A stretch of DNA of 64,000 nt from an uncultured Planctomycetales bacterium (GTDB lineage Bacteria > Omnitrophota > Gorgyraeia > Zapsychrales > JAHFFX01). The stretch spans positions 508,896 through 572,895 of the forward strand of contig CAZTCI010000001.1 of NCBI GenBank assembly GCA_964612665.1, read 5' to 3'. Of this stretch, positions 27,001-39,000 are shown one piece after another. Both the position numbers and the translations under genes were made by a program. How positions within the stretch are numbered: position 1 is the first letter of the stretch; each line of letters opens with the position of its first letter. The notes under the pieces are model-generated. The model made no database searches. It saw only the letters and a list, made by a program, of their open reading frames with translations, and had not been told where the DNA came from.

Positions 27001-30000
27001 GATCACCAACGTCCATGGGTTAGGAACTTTTTTAGACAAATGCGCGGACAAATGATCTGAAATGGTTTCTTCCAGCGCACTCTGCCAGATATATCGTTGA
27101 GAACGACCGGCAAGAAGTTCGATTCTTCTGGATGAAGAAACGATATTTATATTAAGAAAATCAACATTCTGTTGCCTGTGGATTTGCTGTGCCGCCAGCT
27201 GGACAACGCTATGTAGGATAAGGCCGGCTAACGCGGGTTGATTGTTCAGTTTCAAAAGACCGACGACAAATCTGCGGGGAAGATAAATGACGGGGCCATT
27301 GTCATTCCATTCCGTCGCAGCGACAGCCACATGACGCCAGTTGTCCGCATAAAGGAATGGTTGGCTCTCATCTTCGCGATCGCGAACCAAGATCAATTGA
27401 CTTCGAAGAAGGATGTCAAACAAATCGCTCGCCGCGACGAAATCAAACAATCCTCCCCGAATTTGATCCCACGGGATATTCATCAACGCACTTAAACTCG
27501 CGTCGAGAATTGAGCGATGCAACTCCATGTGAGTTAATAACGGTTCAACATAACGTTCATTCCTTCGACGAACTTTGTCGATTAGTTCCTGGATTTTCTT
27601 GTACTCTATATTCCATGCCTTCACTAACCTGCCGTTCTCATGATTTGTCATGACACCTGCGGCGGCCATCAGCATGAGGGAAGCCGTCACCGCAATGAGA
27701 CTAAAAGACCAACCACCGCCGAGCTGCTCCCATCCCAACAAAGCCTTCGCTTGATGATCTTTGTGATTAAATCTTTTATCGTCTGAATTAACCAGGGGCG
27801 TAATATCTTGAGCCATGGGCAGCGGCTCGATATGATTTCCGTTCGTGGATTTTTCTCTTGGCTCCCGTAAAAGTGAAGCCTCGTAGCCAATACCTCGATC
27901 TTTTCCATTATTTGGCCATAAACGATATTTCTGCAAGAACGAAGGGTCCTTAAGACTCTTTTTCAAATTTTGAATCATGATTCGACTCTTTATATCGCTT
28001 TTGAGAAATTCATTCCTTAACCTCAGAATGATATTCACAAACTGCTGTTGAGTTACAAGGACTCTTGTTTCTTTAAGCATCTGGTGTCCATAATATTTTA
28101 TGGCCATGCTGATGAGTTGCTTGATATCAGACTTTCCACCGTATGAATTCTCACTATATTCCTCAATAACTTTTCTGATCGCTTCGATCAAACCTGGATC
28201 ACCTTCCACCCGTCGATATTCTTCTTCTGTGATATAAACTGCATTCTCCTCGGGAAGCAGCATGACATCACCATTCGCAAACGGGCCTTCTATTTTTAAA
28301 AGACCGTCCCGCTTGGCTATCACGTGGCCAACTTTATAATAACGGTGTTCGACATATAAAACATCATTCTTAACGGGGTTAAAGCGGCGTCCAGGCATTT
28401 GAAAACGCCACAGAGGATATAAATTCTTTTCCAATTTTGAGATGATCTTAAGACTTATTGGATAGAGCGTATTCTTGCGAGGCAATCTCGCGCCACGGAT
28501 TTTCGCAACGGAAACTTCACATATCTGAACAAGACGCTTATCGGAGATCTCCATTATTTTGGGATTGTCCATAAGGCGATTGAGCGCTTCGCGCGCCTCG
28601 ATGAGTTGTTTAAGCACCGGCCGCATCTTGGCGATCACGTTTTCAGATGGAGTGGCTTTTTGTAGACGATATAGCTTGGCATCACGAGAAACTTTGGAAC
28701 GCTGATTGATCTCTGAATCCGTAATGCCCAGTTGGTTGGCTTGCGTGAGCAGTTGAACCAGTTCTATTCGAAGTTTTTTGAGATCTGGCCTTTGTTCTTT
28801 GAAATATTCCGTCAGGGCCATAAGCAATTTAGAGATAGTCGATGCGTGCGGCAACGTCCTATTTCCGGCTGCAATCATACTGATCGTGGTCTGATCCACC
28901 CCAGATAATTTTGCCAAACTCTCCTGATTTAATCCTTGCTCAAAAGCGTTCGTCATCAAGACGAGTACACTTCTAAATTGTTCCGCCGGAGATCCTGCCA
29001 TAGGCAGTCGATCCAATTTACTTTCAATCGATGCAATCGTATCTCGCCTTAATTGCGCCGGAGCCTCTCCTAATATTTTGCGCAGCGTTTTGTCATCAAT
29101 ACCCAATCTCGCCCGGATGGCCCGTCCCGAATATTGGCCTTCCTTATTAAGTCTCTTGATGTAATTCTGAAGGTCAACGGGAAGAATCACCATCACAGCC
29201 AATCCCGACAGGATTTTTAATACAATTATTATTCCTTTGAGGCCGATCAAAAGCCACGTGGATTCGAGGGTGATCGAGGAGAGTTTCTCCGTGTTTTCGT
29301 TTGAAGATTTTTTCCCAGGTTTGTCTTCATACTGCGCCACTTCTTTTAATTTCGACGCCAAACGATCAATATAGTCCTGAGCCTCGTCGGTGACGACGTA
29401 ACCCTGAGCTTCCAGGACATCCAAAACTTCCAGCACAAAAGCGGCCATCATCAAATAATGAATCAAATTTCTACTTTTCCAAGAAGACCATTCTCGAGGA
29501 GAATTTTCTTCTACATAGATCGGTTGAGGAATCGTTTCAACACGGCCTCCCACTTCTCTCAATTGCGAATGAATATTCTCAATCTTAGGAAGATAATCAA
29601 CATACCGCCACAACACATTTTCTTCTGTCTCGATATCCACCCCTTCGCGGAAATAATTCCAGGCCGTCACGATCATTTTCTGATCATAATCTCGCTTTGA
29701 AACGATTCCTTCCCGTCGAAAAACGTACTCACGATCAATCGTGCCCGAAATCATATGCATATAATACAGATCAATATATCGTCGGCCGCCGTTATTCCAT
29801 GGTTTTAAGTCCAAGTTGAATCGTTGATTGGCCTGGAAAATAACCTCGGGGTTAATCAATGTTCTATACAATAGAAGTTCCGTACCAATGGAATCGATGG
29901 TTCTCGTATCCGTGTCGATGAGTATAATTCGGTCTGTTTCCGGAGATAAAATCCCCTCGTCGTGCCAGTATTTGACAAAAAGGACCGCTTGAAGTGAATC

Positions 30001-33000
30001 TTGCCGAACGGCTTGGTCATTGTGCATTGTCGCCCAAACACTATGCATGCGCTCTTCAGGAAATTCTTCTGTAATTCTGGTGTAAATCTTTGACATTTCA
30101 AAAAGCGGTTCGGCTCCTGCTCGCAAGAACACAATACGCGTGTTCTTCCGGTATTGCTTATTCTCTTCGTGGGATCGAGGATATTCTTTGATACGCATGA
30201 ATACGTGTTGTATGAAATCCATCAATCCCAGTCTGCGCTCGGCGCCATGACCCAAAAATGTCGTCAAATGTTTAGTATCCAAATAGTGTTGATACGCTTT
30301 GGCAAACATTGCTTGATCCCCCGCAGAAAAGATTCGTCCGAGGGATTGAATACTCTGATTACGCGCGCGAACATTATCTTCATGTAATCTGAGTCGATTT
30401 AATCTAACCGAGGCAATGGCCGCAAATCCTGCCAGGATTTTAAAGATCAGCATTACACCCTTGATGCCGATTATGATCCACGCGGCGTCGAGGGTGAGGG
30501 CGGGAAGCTTTCCAACATCAGATGTTGGAAAGGGCGGGTTCAACCTGCGGGGTTGATGTCCGTTGGCATGCTTCTCTTGCGGATGGGTGAACTTTTCCGA
30601 GGAAAACTTCTTTATATCTTGGTCGCTCCACTCTTCTCCAAACACCTTTTTTAAATCCGATTTATTTCCGTTCTTTCCGTTCCTCTCCTTCTTTGCCAAA
30701 TCGTCATAGAATTTTTTCATGATCTCATCTTGCCGACGATCGAACTCCTCGGCGGAGAGAGACCAGTCATCTCGCTCTCGTTTGTATGCTTCCTCCGGTT
30801 TCCGATTCTGATTTAACCAAACGTCCTTAAGAACATCGTAGAGATTACACAACATGCGATTCCCCGCAAATTGCCTTAATCCCTCCCGATTGTCCTTATT
30901 CTTCAATATAATGCGGGCCATTTTAGTCTTCTCGAGATCCTGCTTGAGAAGGTGAACTAGGGCTTCATGGCGTCCGAGGTTTATTTTGGCCTCCCCGAAC
31001 ATGTCTTTCACAATTTGAACAAAAAGCTCAGGACCGATCTCCCTCATCGATAGCCAGGCATGCAAGACGATTTCTACTTTTTCTTCCTCGCTTTGAATAC
31101 GATGATGCCAAATCCAGATTTCATCAGAATTTTTGAGACCGCCAGAGGCATGGGAAGATCGAGAAAGGTCCCCATAGATCACACCGACGACGAAGAAGAC
31201 CACGATCAACATTTGTATCGGCGAGAGAACCGTCGACTCCACTCCCAATCCCAAGGCATTCATGGCCGTTGGTTTCCCGGGCCCGCGGAATGCTGTGAGT
31301 TCATTCAACCTGCGGGGTTGATGCCCGTCGGCAATTTCATTCGAAGACTTGATGTGGCGGAATCCTCGGTCGGAGATGTTCAATGTGAACCCATCCTCAT
31401 CAGAGAAACTACTGTAAAACAAAATCTCCCGGGCCAAATACGTTTCGTTAAACTCGATGACCAGCGCCTCACGCTTTTGGCCCATCTCCAACAGATCGTT
31501 CCACAAGAATGTTCTTGAAAAACGAAGTTCGCCAGCACCGATACGAAACGTAATGATGATGTCATTTCCGATGAGCCGGCCTTTCACAAAATAGATCCCT
31601 TGATCTTCCGTCACAATCCGGATTCTGGAATGTCTCAACAGCGTTGAAATCGGCAATTTGATTACTTCTCTGATATGATAAACTTTCTGGAGGGAATATT
31701 CGGCGTAGAAGGACAGCTCGTCTGCATCTGGAAGATGAAGGATAAAGTCATGAATCGGCGGCAATCCGCAGGCGGAATTGGTGAGCATGGCCATGATCAT
31801 AAAACGGATCAGCGTCGGGCTGCGAGTGAAACCAGCGACCTTAAGCCAGAATAGCCATACGATCATTGCCGTAATCAAAACGGCGAGGAAATATGCTAAG
31901 AAAGCAGCTGATAATTTCTCCTCAGAAGACGTCTTCCACCAGGTATATTTTTCCTTCATCTCATGATAGGAATTCAAAATAAGATTTAACGTTCCCTTCA
32001 CGCTTTGTTCCGTTGTCCCCCGCTCGGTGCTGATGTCTTGAATCGTCCATCCATTTAAGATCAGCGTAATAATCTCGCGCTGCGGCGGCGACATTTGATT
32101 CAATAGGGCCCGACGATGTGGATCCAATGATTGAGAATCGCGGATAATTTCGCCCAGGATTTGTTTCCGTTGAGAAGCACCCGCGCCTTGGAAATGAATG
32201 TTGATGCCTTCATGCAGCGGATATAATTCATCGCACCTTTCTTCCCGTTCAATTTGTTCTCTTAGGGGTTTCAAAGACAATTCGTTCTTAAGATCACGGT
32301 ATCTGAGTAATCCTCGACGGGCGGTGATGATCACCGTAGTCCACTTAATCTGCAATAGTCGGGCCACATCCGCCGGATGATAACCTGCAATGGCAAACGG
32401 AAGAATTTCTCGCTCCTTTTCCTCCAGCTGATCAAAGATCTCTCGATGGTCCAAGAGAAAATCTTGTTTAACCTCTCTGAGAATATTGATGAATTCTCGA
32501 CGGTTGGGAGATTTCAGGAAGAAATTGAATTCCGCATCTCGATCGTTGCGGATAACCATCATGGCCAACATGCCGGGTAAAAGGAGTATGACCAAAAAGT
32601 AAAGGCCCTGTATTTCTATAAAAATGATCTGTGTAAACGCGATCAAGACAAGCACGGACGGGAATACGGCGGAAAGTTTTTCCACCTTCCGATCTTGCGA
32701 TGTGGGGGCCAACTCTTTCTCAACAAGCTCCCCACGATATACCATCCGCTGAACAAGGCCCATCGGATAATTGATTTCTTTTAAGTCACCCTTATAGGCT
32801 TCACGCCGGATAACTTCATTGAGCAGGCGAAGTTTCTTTTTGATCTTTTGGACCTGATCTTTTTCTTGCGCACTTAAACTTTGATGATTAACGTATTTTT
32901 TGTGAAGTGTATAATCGTAAACGCTGAGCGAGATCGTCTGTTGTTCTTCTCCAACAATAACGACATTACCTTGATCCCCGGCTGGTTCGATGAAGAATTG

Positions 33001-36000
33001 ATACACAATTCCCTCAGCATAGAGATAATATTGGATTTGTGCATGGCTGTTATTAAAAATGCGGATATCATCAACCGAAAGATAATGCGGCCCATCAGGA
33101 TGATTGTGCAGGTCCAAATAAACGAGGGGATAATCTGGATTTAGTTCCGGACCGACGGAATCCTTATCGCCTTTGACGATACTGTAAAGGTCCCCTTCCA
33201 AGGATTGATGGGAAACTTCAAAAGGTAAATATCCAGAGGCGACGGTGTAAAAACGATCAATCGCGCGCCAGAACTCCGGCGTCCCGACGGCCGCGGCAAA
33301 TGGTCGAGCGCTGTAGCGTGTTCCTTCCTTCGCACTAATAATATCCTGCTTTATCTGATCGAGCGTCATGACTGGCCGACGCTGGATCCGGGAGATAAAC
33401 TTCCGACGGATGAATTCCTGGGCTTCCAGTTCATGGACGGCCATACCGATTATCGCGACCGCCGTCAGGCCGAGCAGGCTAAGCCAATCGGTATAGGCGG
33501 AAAGTTTTTCCACCTTCCCAACCCCGGAGGTTGGGGAGGATAATAATTTTTGGCTAAGATCTGCAGCCACATCCAAGTTTTCCAACACTTTCGTCGCATC
33601 TTTAGAACTTTTAATAAAGACAACCGCCTGAGAAACCGCCGCCGATATTGTTTCTATTTCGCCGATCATCGGAAAACTTCTCTTCCAAATAGCAAACTGG
33701 TGATTCCACGCAGCCAAACGCAGTTTGATGGCCAGATACCTCTTATCGGCCCATAACTCCTTCACTTGATCTCGGGCATGGACCATCGACGGGATTCGGT
33801 CCAAGGACAGGAGCAATCTTTCCTGATTTTCCCGTCGTTGTGCTTCCTGAAGTTCCCGTAATTCTTTTCTAATTTGCTGTAGTTCTTTTAAACTATGGAA
33901 CAATTGCTCAGTGGACGGGCCTTTAAGGACCGTCCGCGACATAGCTGCTGCCATTGCCCCCATCCCAGCAGAGAGCAATATCTTTCCGACGGGGATTCCA
34001 AACCATAACGCGGTCCCCCCATCTACACCTACGAGGTAAAGATGGATCCCCACTCCATACAACGCCAGTGCAATCATGACGGATGGAAATATGGCGAAAA
34101 GTTTTTCCACCTTCCCAACCCCGGGGGTTGGGGAGGATCTGAGGATCACCGCCAGCATTTCAATTAGTCCAACCAATCCCTTAAACACAATCCAAATCCA
34201 CACGGCTTCGATCGTGACGGCGGAGACGTTCTCGATGGGATTGTGATCGAATTCTTCTAGCGCATCGATTTTTCCGTATAAATATTGGGCCAAATGGCGG
34301 ATATCTTTTCGATAGTCGTGCGTCTTAACCAAATCCCAGAGGTTCAATTGTTCCCATTGATCGCCGGCAGCTTCGAGAGCTGCTTGGATTATCTTTAACC
34401 ATTCCTTCGCATAGAATTCTCGATGACGGAAATTGGACGCCACAATCCAGTGCAGTAATTCTTCTTCGGAAGATGTCTTCAACATCTCAATCGCGGCCCG
34501 GCGTTTGGCTGGCGAAGTGACCACCAAATCATTCATCCGCAAATGCTCGTTGAGAATGTGCTTCAGGCGCCGAGTCCTGGCAGAATTCGCCAAGCTGGTT
34601 TTATTTGTGAAGTCATCAAGAGAATTGAACGGATTGTTTAGCTTGCGAACCATCACCACAAATTCGGTCTGCGTCATTGTAAATCCACTCAAAAGAAAAT
34701 CCACCTCATCAGCGTAATTAAGGAAATATAGAATTTGTTTTTTGGTGTTTTTCGGGTGCTTCTGCAATTCTCGACGATGTTGCTCCGCATTTTCTTTCTT
34801 CTCTTTTCGTCTTTCGTTCTCTTTCTCTAAATCCGCCCGTGCCCTTTCACGAGGATTCTGAAATAGAATCTCTCGACGGTTTTCGGACGTTCGTTCCCAC
34901 GACATCGCAAAGACAAAGATATATGCCAGCAACATCCACGGACTGAACAGATAAGTACGAACTCCGGAATGATGGACGATTTGTTTCTGTGGAGTTTCTT
35001 CTTTAGTTGACAAGCCAACTTTCAGGGCTTGGGCGCGGCTGGCGGAGAGGTAAATCAACCGTTGAACAAACATGCCCGCGATCATCAGCACCGTAAAGAC
35101 ACTCATTCCCGTCGATAAATCGATCGTCACGGCGCGGTGTTTTTCGATATCAGAAGAACGACTTGGTGTTTTATCTTGTGCATTCAACCTGCGGGGTTGA
35201 ATGGACATCCTGTTCCCCTTCACACCTCCGAGGCGCGAAAGAGCATTATTTCTTAGCTTTTTACGAATACTTATAATTTTTAACACTGAACGAATATGCC
35301 ATTCTCTTAGCCCCAACCGCTCTTCCCGGATTTCTAATCTATCCCCAGGATATTTTTCAAAATCTGCAGTCACAATTTCGATAAGCCGTTCCCTTTTTTC
35401 TAGCTTTTCTCTTAAACGCACTCCCGCGGCTTTCTGCTTTAAGAACGTTAAATCATAATCCGGCCATATTTTGCTAATAATGTAATTCGACACTTGTTCA
35501 ATGTATTGATGCGATGATCCCATCTGTTCGACAATGATGCTTGATGATTGATCCAAAGCTATTTTGCGGACTAACACTTCTTTTTGCGGGAGCGTTAGTC
35601 CATACCTATCTCCTATATCGTTAAGGGTCCTTACAAGTCCTTCTTTAGTGATGGCATAGCCACTACTCTCCATAATGTCGCGAGCAAAACTTACTCTATT
35701 ACCATGCTCCATCGCTGTCTCCTGAGACGATAGAGAAGATCGGTATTCCTGGATCCCTTTTTGGCGATCTCGGTTTCGCGCATATGTATTTCGTTCGCCT
35801 CGAATTTTTAAATTAATTCCATTAACGACATATGTCAATAAGCCTACGCCATTGCGCCGATCAAATTTGATCACACTGCTGCGAATAGTTTTAATGAAGT
35901 CATCTGTTCTTTCCTTTAGGAAGGATCTATTCCATCTCTGTTTAACTAAGGGCATTTCTGTCAGACCGGCGATGAGGACTTCCATCGCCAAACCATCTTT

Positions 36001-39000
36001 CTTATCTTGAATAAGGTCAATTAAACGGCTCTGTTGCTCACGGCTTAAATATCCTCTGGAATGACGTGGCATGCCCAAGATCGTATTGACAGCGGCTTCA
36101 TCTCTTTGCTGAGGAGCCCAAATAATTTTAAGTTTAGACTCTTTAATAACCGGCACAGGAGGATTCAGCCCGTACCATTTCTTCATTTCATAAAGAATTT
36201 CTACTGAGCTTTTTCCTTTTAGATCGTGATTTTTTGCCCAGTTCAGCAGAAGCCCCTCTAAACATTTTCCTCCAAACCCTGGAATACCTGTATGAATAAT
36301 ATCGCCCACTTTTAAATCTACTATCTTCCCTGCACGGCGATGATTGGCTAGATGTTGAAGGATCGCCCATTGCAACCGCTCTTCAAGTTTGTCCCAGGAG
36401 AATTTCCTCGCCCGTCGGAATTGATCCAATACCGTTTCCAATTCTTCAAGGGTTACTGGTTTTTCTTCTGCCATCGTCATAAGAACAGCAGATGCGCAGA
36501 GGACTGCTATCCACGCTTCCGCACCTACGAGGTGCTGATGGGTAACCATGGCGACGAAAGCGGCGGAAATGATGATAAAGCGGAAGACTCCGTCGAGGAA
36601 ATCATTCAGTCGGCTGGGTTGAACAAATACAATTCGACGCAAAATGGAATTCACATTGTCTTGGCCGACATACGCAAGCGCCGCCGCAATTCCTACCAGA
36701 ACAAAAATCCATAAGGATGGACCAACGGCCATCAGTTTTATCTCTCGATCCCAAAACTGACTTGGCCCACACCGGCGGACAACAAATTTCTTTTCCAAAT
36801 CCTCTTTGACCGTCGTCACATCTTCTTGGACGATCGCGTCCGCCACACGTAAAGAAAATCCCATTTGCAGGGCCTGACGGCCGGGCATGGATGGGCTATA
36901 TCTCAAGCGAAGCCCCTGAATCAACGCGCGATAGGGCGCTTCCTGTCCCCGGAGAAACTTAAGGAAGGCAAACTGTTTGATTTCTTTGGTGGATACGGAG
37001 GTTTCAATATTATTTCTAAGATACGCTAAAAATTCTTTGTAATAACTGACCCAGTGCTCAAGGATTCTTTCCAGCCCCAACTCATTTAATTGTTTGTTCA
37101 AACGATTTGTGTTCCCAAAGACCAAATCTGTCGGTTTAAATTTATCAAATGTATCGGAGGTAATAGGACTCAATAAACAGCGCTCATTTAACGTTGATAC
37201 ACTGAGCTCATGCTTTTCGCCCCCGATTCTGACCCACCGCCCCAATCCCCGTCGGGCCAGGGCAATGAGATATTCGGGTTCGATATCAAATTGATCTTTC
37301 CCTTGATAATAAACGTGAATGTCCAGGTCCTTGATCATGGACCACAATGGGATTTGATTTTCGCTAAAAAGATAGGTCGAGGAGCCGGTGACCGTGATGA
37401 TCGGAGCCTCCACAATGGATAACGTAGCGACTTGCTTTAGAAGTTCGATTAAATCGACCGGCGGTAAAGCTGGATTGTCTGGCTGAACAATAAACTGGCG
37501 CTCAGGACGATAGTAGGAAATGTGTTCATCTTGGTCCACGATCAAAACAGGCCAATGCACTGTTTGGACCGCCGCCAGTAATATCAGCGCGTAGACCGCC
37601 TCGTTCAAACCGATCAGATCTCCGTGGGCCAAAAGACCGGATAAAGCCGCGAGGATGGCGATAGGGCGGAAGAGTTGTGCGATCAACCTGCGGGAGTGAA
37701 CAGACTTGATAAAGCGGAAAATTCCGTCGAGGAATAACATCACCCTCTCCGACGGCGGCGAAGTCTTGAGAAATTCGTAAAACGCGCGGAGGTTTTCAAG
37801 GATGACGCGGGATTTGGAGATTAGAACAGCGGCCATCAAAACAATAATGAGAATTTCCGCGAGGTGAAACACATTATTCGACGAAAAATTTGATTTTCTC
37901 GTCGGTCTTATCCGTGCAGTCGAAAGGAAATCGATTCGATGGGCGTTCAACGTCGCGGCATCTAATAATTCAAACCCTGGGAATGTTTGATCGACGATAT
38001 GTTTAATCAAATCCGCCAACTGATCCGCAGGGATTTTGATTAGATATCCTGGAATTCGGTGCATCTGCTGAGGACTAATTTCCCTCATCTCTTCTGCAGT
38101 CAAAAATTGAACCGCGGCCATCGATACAACCCGGCCTTCTAATCTGTTGACAGTCCATTTTCGCGACATTATACTTTGAATCGAAAAGGAGATAGATTGA
38201 TGACTTCTCTTCAAGATGCTATGAAAATCATTAAACCGCTTCAAAACCGTTTCAAGAAAAGCCATAAGTCCAGAAGAAAAACGAAGATTGCCGACGATCT
38301 TTTGGGTGCGTTCAAAGGTGCGACCGAAGGTAAATCTTCCAGTCAATGTGTTCGAGAATTGAGAAATTCTTCTTATGGTAAGTTTAAATAACCCTTCCTT
38401 GCTCTTGGACTCCGATGTCCTTGTCAGCTGGTTGACGCTCGAAGAAGATATTCTTACCCATAAAAAGCTCTGGGAAGCTCCCCACAAAATAATGACAATG
38501 GTTGAGGAAAATTCTTCTCTCGGTTGTTCAACGATTATCAATCTTATGGAAATCAGGTTTGTGTTGCGTGCTAAGAAGAAATTCAGTGAGCATAAGATTA
38601 CATCTTCTCTTAATAAACTCTCCGAGATTCTGAAGCTATTCATTCCAGATGAAATCAACCTATTAAAGGCGAATGAACTCCAGTCCAAATATCTTTCATT
38701 ATCGCCAACCGACGCTATCCTTCTGTCTGTGGCCACAACCCTAGACAATGTTGTCCTAATCACCCGCGATCGAGAATTATTGAAAGCTGCCTCAAAAATT
38801 GTCTCCGCATCAACTCCTGAAGAATTTCTGGCGAAACGCTGATCTCTTCTGTTCCAATAAAAATTCCCCACCAGCATTGCAATTAGCCCAACCACTCCCT
38901 TAAACACAATCCAAATAAAGCGGAAAATTCCGTCGAGGAATAACATCATCATCTTCGACGGCGGTGAGGTTTTAAGAAGTTCGTAGAACGCGCGGAGGTT

